In this document: positions 52,321 through 64,000 of the stretch, piece after piece
How the letters are laid out: the number at the start of each line of letters is the position of its first letter
How positions within the stretch are numbered: the first letter of the stretch is position 1
Assembly: GCA_030390025.1 (NCBI GenBank)
Contig: CM059425.1
Span: forward strand, 162,504,001-162,568,000
DNA length: 64,000 bases
Source of the DNA: Squalus acanthias
Taxonomy: Eukaryota
Reading direction: 5' to 3'
Position numbers and translations under genes: made by a program
The notes under the pieces: generated by a model
The model's input: the letters and a program-made list of their open reading frames with translations, nothing else
Database searches by the model: none
What the model was told of the DNA's origin: nothing

Positions 52321-52869
52321 GAAGGAAAGAAAGAAAGGATTTCCATTATTTTGGTGCCTTTCATGACCCCAGGACATCCCAAAGCATTTTACAGTCAATA
52401 AAGTACTTTTGAAGTGTGGTCACTGTTGTAATGTAAGAAACACAGCGGCGTATTTGTGCACAACAAGGTCCCACAAACAGCAATGAGATAAATGACCAGA
52501 TAATCTGTGTTAGTGATCTTAGTTGAGGGATAAATATTGGCCAGGATACTGGGGAGAACTCCCCAGCTCTTTATCAAAGAGTGCCATAGGATCTTTTAGG
52601 TTCATCTGAAAAGTTAGACAGGGCTTTGGTTTAAGGCCTCATCTGAAAGTTGGCACCTCCGACAGGGCAACACTCCCTCAGTACTGCACTGAAGTGTCAG
52701 ACTAGATTATGCGTTCAAGTCTCTGGAGTGGGACTCAAACGTGGCTGCAGTGTGTATCATCTACAAGAAGCACGGCAGCAACTTGCCAAGGCTTCTTCGA
52801 CAGCACCTCCCAAACCCGCAACCTCTACCACCTAGAAGGACAAGGGCATCAGGTGCATGGGAACACCAT

Positions 52870-53795
52870 ACAAATAGTATGCTAGCATTTATTACAAAGG
52901 GATTGGAGTATAAGGCCACAATTTCGCCTACCGAGGTGGGTCCGGGGCGGCCTTGGAAAGTGAAGACCTATGAAATGGGAGCTTTTATAGACCATTTGCA
53001 GCTGTCAAGTTAGTAAATATCCCATGCTGACACAACTCCCGACCTCCTTATCTGACGTGATCCCCGAGCAGCGGGGAAGCTGTTTGTGAGCTCTAAAAAT
53101 CTAAAGGTAAGCTTAAAATAATACTTAATTTACCTTAATAATCCAGCTAATGATCTGAATTGCCTCCCCCGCCGCTTGGTGTCGGGTCTGTTCAGCGCTG
53201 ACAGACCAGACACCTGGGAGACTAGCGTGGAGGTGGGTTGACAGCGGGTTCCCACTCCGCTGTCAATCATTCCAAATTTCACAGCTGACCCGCCTCCGAT
53301 CCCGTCCTCTCAGCGCCAGTAAAATTCCAGCCTAGGAGTAAAGAAGTCTTACGGCAATTATATAGAGCCTTGGTGTGACCACACCTGGAGTACTGTGCAC
53401 AGTTTTTGTCTCCTTATCTAAGGACGAATATACTTGCCTTAGAGAGAGTGCAACTAGACTGATTCGTGGGATGAGGGAATTGTCCTATGAAGAGAGATTG
53501 AGTAGACTAGGCCTATATTTCCTAGAGTTTAGAAGAATGAGAGGTGATCTCATTGAAACATATAAAATTCTTACAGGGCTTGACACGGTAGATGCTGGGA
53601 GGATGTTTCCCCTGGCTGGGAAGTCTAGAACTAGGGGTCACAGTCTCAGAATAAGGGGTCATCCATTTAGGACTGAGATGAGGAGAGACTCAAAGGGTTG
53701 TGAATCTTTGGAATTCTCTACCCCAGAGGGCTGTGGATGCTTATTGAATGGCAGAGCAGGCTCGAATGGCCAAATGGCCTACTCCTGCTCCTATT
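52870..53795 (+). mobile_element. CR1 3' fragment inserted into a tail of the second LINE lineage (52741-52869 and 53796-54090)
   Basis: MLAFITKGLEYK and LSYEERLSRLGLYFLEFRRMRGDLIETYKIL motifs. Confidence 0.85.
52914..53332. mobile_element. Harbinger-type MITE inserted in CR1
   Basis: TIRs GGCCACAATTTC / GGCTGGAATTTT; TAA and TAG flanks. Confidence 0.7.
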
Positions 53796-54184
53796 TCTTC
53801 TGTTCTAATGTTCTTACCACTACCTTCAAGTTCCCCTCCAAGTCAAACACCATCCTGACTTGGAAATATATATTGCTGTTCCTTCATCGTCGTTGGGAAA
53901 AAATCCTGGAACCCCCTACCTAACAGCATTGTGGGAGACATGGAGTTAGGTCACAGGTCAGCCATGATCTCATTGAATGGCAGAACACACTCGAGGGGTT
54001 AAATGTCCTACTCCTGTTCCTATGTTCTTCTGGACTGAAGCGGTTCAAGAAGACGGTTGACCAGCACCTTCTCTGGGGAAATTAGGGATTTCAAAAAGCA
54101 CAACTCAGAGGTGAGGGTGCTACCACTGAGCCAAGACTGACACTTAGACGTAAACATAAATGTAAGTTGCTGCTATTGTTTTTT

Positions 54185-54347
54185 TTTTACTCGTTTTTAT
54201 GGGATGTGACCGTCGCTGGCAAGGCCAGCATTTATTGCCCATCCCTAATTGCCCTTGAGAAGGTGGTGGTGAGCCGCCTTCTTGAACCGCTGCAGTCCGT
54301 GTGGTGAAGGTACTCCCACAGTGCTGTTAGGTAGGGAGTTCCAGGAT
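54185..54347 (-). mobile_element. 3' end of the second LINE lineage
   Basis: Matches 10722-10871. Confidence 0.85.
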
Positions 54348-54363
54348 GTACATTAAAAATGTA

Positions 54364-54575
54364 TGTGAGAAGTCGCACAACACCAGGTCATAGTTCAACA
54401 GCTTTATTTGAAATCACAAGCTTTCGGAGCGCTGCTCCTTCGTCAGATGACTTCACCTGACGAAGGAGCAGCGCTCCGAAAGCTGGTGATTTCAAATAAA
54501 GCTGTTGGACTATAACCTGGTGTTGTGCAACTTCTCACATTTGTCCACCCCAGTCCAACACCGGCATCTCCGCAT
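54364..54575 (+). mobile_element. Palindromic Penelope-like insertion (family 1) with back-to-back hammerhead motifs
   Basis: 88-bp inverted arms at 54363-54450 and 54453-54540 (5 mismatches); 13-bp TSD CATTAAAAATGTA at 54351-54363 and 54576-54588; CTGACGAAGGAGCAGCGCTCCGAAAGCT on both strands. Confidence 0.85.
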
Positions 54576-55776
54576 CATTAAAAATGTAATAATTGGAATT
54601 GATATAATGTAAGCTGTTGTTGTTAAAAAAAACACACTTTGAAGCCCTGATACCAGCATCCAGGACTGGGAAGGAAAGCTAGTGCAACAGTCAGAACCCC
54701 TCACTGACAAGCTACTGGCAATAGCAGCAGAATACACTTCTTCCGGCTAGAAGGCCCAAGATGGCAGGTCTTGTAATATCTCTAAATTGCTGTCAGTATA
54801 AAGCATTAATCAGAGGTAATTCAGGACAATGTGGGAGTAATTATGGCATATCATATATTTCTTGATCAGCCCCCATAGCATTCTACATCGCTGGCCCTGA
54901 GTGGCAAAAACCAGCCAGGGGATGTGCACCCTCGCACTTACTATACATTTAAAAAAATGAACTGGATTCTAGCTTATTGTACTTCACTACTTTAGATAAG
55001 TATTATGGACAAAAACTTAATCTTACCCTACATTGTTACACAATACTGTAAGGAATTAGAATCCAATTAATGAAGAACACAGATTCAATCTGCATAGAAA
55101 CATTTGGCAACTGCTCAATTTTAAGGAAATACATTTTTGGCTTTATTTTTAGTGAGGCCTAAAAGGCAGCTAATCTGCCGCTGGCCATCTTGCCATCTAT
55201 CCAATTGTTTCAAATAATTTGCATGTTAACATAAAAAAAAAATCGAAAACATTCATAGGTAATACATCATAAAACATTAATATTGATTTAAATTTAAATA
55301 ATGAATAAATGCAAAAGTAGCGAGGAATTCAATACATCAGATCCACTGGATTACCAAGAGCATACGGTACATCAGGTGCTTTAGACAATCAGAAAGCATG
55401 GATAAATACACAGACACCAGACTGCCAGAAAAGTTGGACACATTAGACTGAAGACCACCAGACAGAGAAATAGCCACTGGATTGCCTGGGAACCTGGACA
55501 CATGGGGGGCGATTTTTCCATTGGAGGCGGGTTGGGAGCGGGTTTGGGGGTGGGCGGGTTCTGAACATGCCTCCACTGTCAGGTGGGGAAAAGTTGCAAT
55601 TTTCCCCGAATTGCCCAATTAACTCCGGGCGTGTGGGTTCCCCTGGGCCAATTACTCTTTTGGGACTGAAACGCGCCTCTGCTGACGCCACTTATGCAGC
55701 TTCATTTAAGGGCTGCTTGCTTCCTTGGCTCATTTCACTGCTGTTTTGTGGATGTTGAACACTTTGCTGAGAAGAG

Positions 55777-57671
55777 ATGGCCAACTCGAGAGCCAAGGCC
55801 TCCCCGAGGTTCACAGATGAGTCTCTGAGTATTCTGGTTGAGGGGGTGAGAGCTCGCAAGGAGGTGCTCTTCCCCTCATCTGGGAGGAAGAAGCCTCCCA
55901 CACAAACCAAGGCTGTCTGGGTGCAGCTGGCACGGGATGTCACCTCCAGGTCTGTGTGCAGAGGAACATGGCTGCAGTGCCGCAAGAGGTTCACTGACCT
56001 TGTAAGATCAGCCAAAGTGAGTGTACCTTCAGCTTGAACCTCATTCTGCTCCCCTTCTCCTCTCATCACCAGCATTCTGCATTGTCAACCTCCTCCTACA
56101 CATCCTACTTTACCCTTACAACCCTTGCATCCTTCACCATCCCTCTCACTCTATGAACACAATCACTTCACTATTCGACTATGCTGCCCTCACACTCCCT
56201 ATTAATGTTATGCAAGGACAATGACTAACAACACACAGGGAGGGCCCTTGGAAATGGAACCTCACTCCATCTTTGTCTCCTTCTAAGCATCTATGCTCTG
56301 GACTCTCTACACTCATTCCATCATTCTCACGCAAACTCCACTTGTCTCCCTCATTGCAGGAAAAGATAGCCCACAATAAAAGGGAAAGGGCGAAGACTGG
56401 AGGAGGGCCACCTTCCCTCGCCCATTTGACCAATGCTGAAGAGGCGGCCCTGGAAATCGTTGGCGCTGAGGTGGAGGTGGAAGTGGGGGACGGACAGACG
56501 GGCGCAGCAGAGCAAGCTGGTGACAGAATAGTTTTGCTTCTCTCTCTTTTACATTGCAGGAGTCACTAAAATGGCTGCGAATGTACATTTATAGAATGGC
56601 AATTGATCATCTGCGCTATTGCATGTGCATGCCACACTACCGTAACATCTCTAACGCATTCCTTTACTCCCCCACAGGACCATCGACAGCCCCCTCCCCA
56701 CTGTCCAGGAGGAACAGCCTGAGGTGGAAGACTCCTCAGAGGAACCTGCAACCTCTGAGGACGCAGCGTCAGCAGATGTAAGCGCACCCAGCACCAGCGC
56801 AGATACGCACATCTCGGTGGGATCTTCGGGAGATAGAGTAGTTTTGTCACCGTGTGTATCACAGCTCACAAGTGAGCATCAGCAGCTGGTGGAGACAGGG
56901 ACAGCAGCGGAGAGTCCTCGTCGGAGGGCGCAGGACTCTTCCAGCTCAGCTCCGCTGCATGTCGACCCTGTGCCTCCGGGCCCATCCAGAAGGAGAGCGG
57001 TGCTGGAACTCCAGGAACAGGTGCAGGAGTCTCTGGCAGGTTTTATCTCCAGGGTCACTGCGTGTGTGGAAAGGATGGAGGAGTCCAACTCGAATATGAG
57101 CAGAGCCTTTGTGGAGTCATTGGCGCATGAGCGCATCTCCTCGGAAAGGTTGGCTGCCTCCGTGGAAGCGATGTCTACCTCCGTGGTATCGATGGCTCCC
57201 TCTCTGCAGACGATGGCCAGGGCCATGGAGGAGATAAGTCGCCAGAGTGTTGAAAACATGGTTAATGTTCAGAATAGACTGACATCTCTGGAGGAGCGAT
57301 GGCCAGCTATTGATCAGAGAGACCAGAGCTTCATGGAAGTCCTCAGTAGTAGGACTGCCAGTGCAGACATGGGTCCTTATGGCCCCCCTGATGTGCAGCA
57401 AGGTGCTGTCAAGCCACTTGCTACCGCTGAGGTGGGGCTGACCCATGAGAGGGATGTTGGTGGCGGAGAACAAGGAAGTGGGGGATCCTCTCCAAGCACT
57501 CACACTTGCATGCCACTGCGTTGCCCTCGGTCAGTGCCCCACCAAAGTCCTCACCCAACTGAGATGGGCGTCTCAGCCCCTGCACAGCCGCAGGAGGAGC
57601 AGACTTTTGGCGAGCCCTCACAGGCTCGCAAACCCAGAGGACGTCCACCAAAGGTGTCGAAGCAGGAGTAG
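55777..57671 (+). pseudogene. Harbinger Myb/SANT-like gene, exons 55777-56016, 56360-56519 and 56678-~57671
   Basis: MANSRAKASPRFTDESLSILVEGVRARKEVLF...W...A..V......RGTWLQCRKRFTDL, then EKIAHNKRERAKTGGGPP. Exons 1 and 2 are intact; a frameshift near the start of exon 3 precedes a 315-codon open frame. Confidence 0.88.
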
Positions 57672-58021
57672 CATGAAAGTGAGTAAGGGGCCTCCACTTC
57701 TGCTGAAGTCACAGGGGAAGCACCACGTAGGAGCATGCGTAAGAGGAAGATAAAGCACAATTAGTCACACGGGCAGTCACTTGGGTGTTTTTTTGTGTTT
57801 AATAATTAAATGCCATCCCTTTGTGAATGTATTAAACTCTGGTGATGGCAAACTGTTGACGTTATGGCCTCTATGATTTTGGTTTTGGAAGTTCCACATT
57901 GCGGCCTCAGCGAGACTTGCTTGGTCAGGTTGGTGGTCAGAGTGAGAGGAAGCCAGAGAGTCATGTCCATTGTGTATCTTGTGCTAAGAAGGAGACAAGC
58001 ACATGTGCTAGAATGGGCAGC

Positions 58022-59033
58022 CTAAGCAAATCTGGCACAGATGAGTGCATCCCTTGCATTTCGGCCAGCAACGTGCTTGCGTGCTGCTGCTGGATGATGC
58101 ACCTCCGCTCGGTCATTATTCTCCTCCTCCTCCTCTTCATCTGAGGAGGCTATGTACTGAGCCACTTGCTCCTCAGGAAGCTGCAAGCCATGATGCTGTG
58201 CGTTGTTGTGCAGCGCACAGCAGACCACAACCATTCTGGAGACCCTGGCTGCTGAGTACTGCAGGGCTCCACCTGATCTGTCAAGGCATCTGAATCGCAT
58301 CTTCAGCAAGCCGATGGTTTGTTCGATGATGGACCTGTTCGAAATGTGGCTGGCGTAGTAGCGCTCCTCAGCTTCATTCGCTGGCTTCCTGATCGGCACC
58401 ATTAGCGATGTCTTCAGGGGGTAGCCCTTGTCTCCAAGTAGCCATCCGTTATATATATATATATATATATAGCAAGCCTGCCATATTTGCGAATCCAACC
58501 GCACGCGTGGTTATACTTGCTTGATCCGTTGAAAAGTTGATGTAATTGTGCGCCTTTGCGAATAGGGCATCGGTAAACTGCGTGATGCAACTGTGTGCGG
58601 CCGACTGGGAGATGTCGCTGATGTCTGCTGATGATCCCTGGAAGGAGCCTGAAGCAAGAAATTTGAGTGCGGTGGTGACTTTGACAGCCACTGGTATGGG
58701 GTGTCCACCGGATCCTCTGTGCTCCAGGTGTTGGTGCAGCATTGCGCAGATGTCAGTGAATTCCTCTCACAGAAGTCTCAGCCTCCTTTGGCACTGCTGC
58801 TTACTCATGTTGAGGAAGCTCATCCTCTGTCTGTAAACCCTGAGAGAAGGGTATCTCCTGCGGCGACGTGCTGCCATGCGCTGGTGCCTTCTGCCCTGTG
58901 CACCATCAGGTGGGTGAGCAGGAGGTTGGCGCTCCTGCTGCTGTTGCTGCTGTTCTGCCTGGTTCTGCTGCTGCCGTGGCTGCTCCTTGTCCGAATCTGA
59001 GGTCCATGATGAAAGGAAATAAATGTTTCCCAT
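58022..59033 (-). pseudogene. Harbinger transposase with the catalytic core deleted and replaced by (TA)n
   Basis: ALKFLASGSFQG...AVGFANMAG, then (TA)n, then [11 protein letters not shown]...[16 protein letters not shown]...[11 protein letters not shown]. Confidence 0.92.
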
Positions 59034-59546
59034 GCTGCTGGTAGATACCTCCGTTGGGGAAGCGCTCGTCCAAGTGGGGAGAGGGTTTTCCCAGGAGGTC
59101 CCAAAGTAGATAGATCTCAGCTGCACCACCTCCGACTTCAGTAGGCCTGGAAAAAGTGCTCAAAGACCTGTGCAACAAAAGTTTTGCCACCTGCAACTCA
59201 TCCCTGTTGAAAGCTCCGTTTTAATGGTGGAGCTACAGCTGTGAGGAGGCCACCCACTTGTCAGCCCGCCAGGATTAGCTGGCGTGGTTTAGGAGGGGCA
59301 TGGAACACGTTGTAAATGTGGTAAAATAACAAAGGCCTGGGAAAATAGGATTATAGAGGCCTTTAAGCGCTTGTTAAGGGTCTTAACTGCCTATCCCGCC
59401 TCTTGGAGGCGGAACCGAATCGCACTCGTGAAGCCCGTCTCCGGCAAAGTTGCGCGGAGGCGGGTTCGAGGTGGATTCCGAACCCGCACTCAATTTTTGC
59501 AATTTTACCAACTGTCCCGCCTCCAAAGGGCTGGGAAAATCACTCC

Positions 59547-60001
59547 ACTTGCAGCACCACTCCCTGTCACCTCACCAACTTTAAACAACTCTAGAAAGCT
59601 CAAAACAGTTCCAGAACCTTACACAGAGCCAGTAGAAATTAATCAGCAACTAACCTTAGAGAGGTTGCTAATCCCTTTAAATATCGCTAGTGACGGGGTC
59701 CTTGCTGCTGCTGAATGCATGTTCAGCTGTGCGAGGTTAACACACGGCGTTAGCTCCAGCGTTGAGGACGAAAATGGCAGCGTGACGTTAAATCAGCTTT
59801 GCACACTGATTGATATCACAATCTGCCTACTCTACATACTTCTGGTGCACACTCCTAGCGCCGACGCTAACGCCCTCACCAACATGGTGTCCGGAGCGAC
59901 ATGCACCAGAAGGTGTGCGTGCGGCATGGACGCAATCTACGTCACAAAATTGCACCCATAGCGGCGAAAAATTGGGCGCTATGGAGCCGAATTTTCCACC
60001 C
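59547..60001. mobile_element. Right-end fragment of another Harbinger (subfamily of 36714-40181)
   Basis: Similar to 39795-40181; ends CCGAATTTTCCACCC. Confidence 0.55.
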
Positions 60002-60496
60002 ATTGGGCCCAAAAATCTACAGCCCTTCCGGTGTGCTCCCATCGTAAGCCTTTGCCTGCCCCTTATAAGGCTAGCTCCAGCCTCTCAGTCACTGGACACA
60101 TCATTGGCTGTGGAATAACTGGGGAGACCAGGCATACCAGACTGCTAAATGGTGGAAGCGGAGCCCAACCTGGGGTCCAGGTTGTGGAAGATTTGAACGC
60201 TGCAATTTAAAAAAAAATTCTACGAAGGGGGCTAAAGGGCAGTTCTTTCAACCTTCCCAGTGGGGGGTCCCAACACCTCCTCCGGTTCCGGCACAGTATG
60301 CCACAGTTTGGGCCTCCAGGTTTAGGTGGAGAGCCCAAGATGTGTCCCTAGCAGCCTAGATGCCGTCACTGGAATTCAAAGAAGGGAACCTCTCCCTTAC
60401 CCCAGAAAGCCCGGCAGGATCAGTTAGTTCAGCATACGCTGGGATGGCCTTCCATCCGCAATTCTGATTCCTATGGATTTTTAAGAATCCATTTAC

Positions 60497-62742
60497 TGGG
60501 GGACAAACTGGACATCGACAGAAACCTGCCGATGTCACGGGGGCCTCGGGTTTACAGCTGCTGAAAATGGCCGCAGCGCTACCGGGCAAAAATTTGCGCT
60601 GGGGGCTGGAGAGTTGTAGCACAGCGCTAACTTACAGTGTAACGCCCTCCTGCTGGCGTTAGTGGAGGCCTCCGACCCAAAGGTCACATCCAGGAGCGGT
60701 GTTGCAACTTCTTACAGCCTCTGGGAACTGTGGAGTTCGCAATGAATTGTGGGCAATTAAAAGAGTTATGAATTAAAGGGGCAATGCAATCAAAACTAAT
60801 AAAAATTTAAATCAAGTGAAGAAAATCCATTTTCAGCCCTTACTGCCTTTCAAAAAAACATAAACATTAAAAATAATTCCCAAATGGCAGTCTTTAAGCT
60901 GAATTCTCTTCTGCAGCTAAAACATGGTAAAAGTGCTTCAACATTAACACAAATGGCTCAGCAAGCCAGGGAAGGGGCACCCAGGTCTCGCACGCAGCAC
61001 TCCAGCTTTGTGCAGGGGTTCAACACTGCAAGAGACATCCTCTACCCACAGGGGCCAGGAGGCCCTCCAGAAAGAAGGATGTGGGACCAGATCACCAAGG
61101 CCATCACTGCCAGCAGTGTCGCCCCCAGGACCTGGCTCCAGTGCCCAAAGAATGTTCATGACCTCAGACCAGTGGTCAAGGTCAGTTAATGCAACTTCAA
61201 AAGCCGTCTCCTACCAACTGCACCACTAGCCTCACACACTGCTCAATGCAGAAATCCCCCACAATCACTCACCTACCAACAATCTGTACCAATCACGAGG
61301 CACATCTCCCATTCCTAGCCTCACCTCGCCCCCTTGGAGGAGACGGTGCAGGCCATTCTTGGCAGGGGCATGGCTGAGCCCTTGGCCAGCAGTGAGCAGA
61401 AAGGATACAAGATGCTGGTATCCTCATACGTTATCCTCCTTCTGGCATGCACCACTTGCTTTCCCACCCTCCCCTCACCACAACTCCCCACTTGTGCCTT
61501 CCTCATTTCACACACCCAAGAAATGCAGCCTGCCCAGCCAGTGGTTAACCAAGAAGAGGGAGAGGAGAGAGAGAGAGAAAAAAGATAAAGAAAAAGAAGA
61601 AGAAGAACCATCACTTGATTTGACACTCCCAACCACCAGCTCCTCAAGGTCGACCAGCAAGCCCATTTGCAGTGTACCCCACTGAAAGTCAGCAACCTTC
61701 CACCAGCCATGCTGCAGCCACTGGGGTAGCACTGCATAATATCAGTAGGATAGGCAAAGGCACACACAAGACAGTCACTAAGGGGATGCACAAGAGTGAT
61801 GAGTTGATTTCTTGATGTCATATTAGATGGACAGATGTATAAAGTTGGATTGGAAAGTTTGCTTTGTGGTGGCTTTTATTTCAGCATTGTGGCCAAGAGG
61901 ACACTGTGATGGTCAATAACAGAGGGAAGGTAAGGTGTAGGACTAATGTTGAAAGGGGAATTGGGGTTGTGAGGATTGGGACCAATTCCATCTCGGATAT
62001 CCCGGCCAGAAAGGGGCTGTCTGGGTTGCCTCCTTCCTTCTGCTTCCTCCTCTTCAGCTTCCTCCTCCTTGGCTTCTTCCTCCTTGGCTTCTTCCTCTTC
62101 TGTGTCTTCCTCTTCCCTCTGCAAGTGGATGCTGTAAATCTGAAATGACAGCATAAAATGCTGGAAATACTCAGCTGGTCAGACAGCATCTCGACCCGAG
62201 ACGTGAACTCTGTTTCTCTCTCCATGGATGTTGCCTGACCTGCTGAGTATTTGCAGCATTTCCTGTCTTCTCAGAGGCCTTCCTTTACCATATGAGGCCT
62301 TGCAAGTGTCCAACAGCACTCCCTAAACACTTACAAAATTTTTAACATCTATTGTAGCAAGCCACTACTTCAATAAAATCAAGAAAACCCAGTCAAAAAG
62401 TTTAAATGCAAACTTACCTGAAAGATTTGTGCGTCCCTTTAAGAGGTGCGGACAGTACCTCTGTCAGTCTGCTTGCATGCTAGGTTTACCTGGTGTGCTT
62501 AGGACCCAGCGCTGAACCCAGCGCTAGGGTCAATGTTCGCTGTGGTGACGTTAAGTCAGCATACGTCACCACTCCGCCAATTTTTTTGGAATGGCACTAC
62601 TTAAAAACACCAGCGCTACTGGGACTTCCAAAATGGAGGACGCCACAGGACCCACCACCAGCTGGCAGAAGAGCGGCGGCCACCACTTTCTTGACTTAAC
62701 ACTTCACTAACGGGTTGCGCTAAGGTAGGGAATTTCTCCCTC
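60497..62742 (+). mobile_element. Deletion derivative of the second Harbinger subfamily (Myb remnants; transposase almost entirely missing)
   Basis: 60954-61186 QQAREGAPR...RTWLQCPKNVHDL, colinear with 36990-38700 and 39750-40180; ends GGGAATTTCTCCCTC. Confidence 0.75.
62130..62268. mobile_element. Palindromic Penelope-like fragment (family 2) with its centre deleted, inside the Harbinger
   Basis: ATGCTGGAAATACTCAGCTGGTCAGACAGCATC ... GATGTTGCCTGACCTGCTGAGTATTTGCAGCAT. Confidence 0.7.
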
Positions 62743-63350
62743 CATGTTGAGCATACCGTAAGCAGATGGCTGATATTCCTCTATGTCCTCACGAGTAACT
62801 AACACTGAATTCTATCCACCCTCAACTTCATCAATATTTTGGAAACAGACAACGTGCAAATATCTTCAAATATGAACTAAAATTAAAACTTGACTCAAAG
62901 CATTTTTGTGTCATAACAAATGTTACTTGTAAAATCTGCTTGTATGGTGATCAGATTAGAGCAGCAAAGTTCTATTAGCTGGTAAACTGGAAATATCCAA
63001 CCTGATTATGAAATATACTCAGTATTATGTAATCGGCTTGTATTGTTTTCTAGTGTCGATAAAATGTGCTGCATTAACATGTATCATACAGTTGATGTAT
63101 AGTCAGTAAGTTGCAGACTGTTCAATCCATGCCACTTGTAGGCTTTCAGTATGAGCACACTCCTATGGGTTCAATAGCATGCAGTGAGACTGGACTTACT
63201 CTTAATTAACTGAATAAAGTCATTTTCATGCTATTAATTTGACCTGTCAAATTATGTGGTATAGGAGGTTGTCAAAAATTATTTTAGCATTAAGTAATAT
63301 TAATTAAATATTAACTGGGTCCCAAATACAGCTTATTAGCTTGAGTTAAT

Positions 63351-63920
63351 GGGCCATAATTTGCTGTCAAAATAACAGTGAGGCTAATGGCGCTTGCCAT
63401 TATTTATGTGCAAATGGTGCAGCAACTTCAGGCGAGGGGCAGAGGCGCGGTTAAATTCAAATATCCAAAAGTTTCTGTCTGAGTTGCACCTCTCCGCTGT
63501 TAGCTTTGTAAAAATGGCATCTCGCTGTCTGGCTCACCATTGAAATGCATTGGATGGCGCAAAGTTGCTGTATTTGCGCGATAGATACGAACTAAACTTG
63601 CCACAGAAAGTTAAGCCTTGTCCATTTCAGTCTAAGTAGCCTTTTTACGATGTGCTAAGTGTTAATTACTGCCAAACAAGCTCTCTGGCAATAAAAATTA
63701 ACTATTACAAGTGTGGGGTCTCATTCCTTCCGGTTTTAATTGTTGTTGGGGATTTTAAAAATGCAAAACTTTTTAAAAAATTCCTTTTCCTTTCTGTCTC
63801 TCTTAATTTAGTCTTTCTTCCCTCTCTTTATTTCTCTTTCTGTACCTGATTTGACATTGAATTCACCCACTCTAATTTATACTTCCTTCTCAGTACTTGT
63901 GCTGTTAATTTCACAATCTA
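63351..63920. mobile_element. Probable left part of another non-autonomous DNA element
   Basis: Abrupt start GGGCCATAATTTGC resembling the Harbinger-type termini above; right end not identified. Confidence 0.35.
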
Positions 63921-64000
63921 GTCGTATCTGTAGTGGAGCCCTCAGCAGCACAGGTCCTAAATACAGTGGGCGTATCTCTTCTGAGTATTTCTTCTTGTTG

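Larger units (their letters stand above)
52322..54143 (-). mobile_element. Deu-type tRNA SINE (SacSINE1-like; 52322-52740 and ~54100-54143) split by nested LINE and MITE insertions
   Basis: Deu-like ACTCCCTCAGTACTGCACTGAAGTGTCAG core; tRNA-like head TCAGTCTTGGCTCAGTGGTAGCACCCTC on - near 54140. Confidence 0.7.
55506..59546 (+). mobile_element. PIF/Harbinger transposon (~4.0 kb), related to 11113-15310
   Basis: TIRs GGGGCGATTTTTCCA / GGAGTGATTTTCCCA; convergent Myb and transposase genes. Confidence 0.92.

Noticed and set aside
59371..59961. 196-aa ORF
   Set aside because: Spans two abutting GC-rich transposon ends and has no recognisable domain.

Overview
AT-rich vertebrate genomic DNA dense in transposable elements (TEs), most likely from a cartilaginous fish (inferred from the CR1/L2/Deu-SINE/Penelope repeat mix). 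The only host coding sequence I can recognise is one 120-bp minus-strand exon of MCTP1 (42167-42286), which the ORF track misses, so the rest of the window is probably MCTP1 intron. The window holds five copies or deletion derivatives of two-gene PIF/Harbinger transposons (spliced Myb/SANT gene on +, DDE transposase on -, tail-to-tail, all in the same orientation) and many Harbinger-type MITEs. It also holds CR1 and L2 LINE fragments, a near-full-length second LINE lineage that seems to lack ORF1, SINEs and minisatellites. The most interesting signal is a set of short, non-coding, palindromic Penelope-like insertions flanked by 12-13 bp target-site duplications (TSDs). They carry minimal type-I hammerhead ribozyme motifs with covarying stems (44852-45280, 45965-46281, 54364-54575, plus a tandem array near 47240). 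All family assignments come from motif recognition; no database searches were run.
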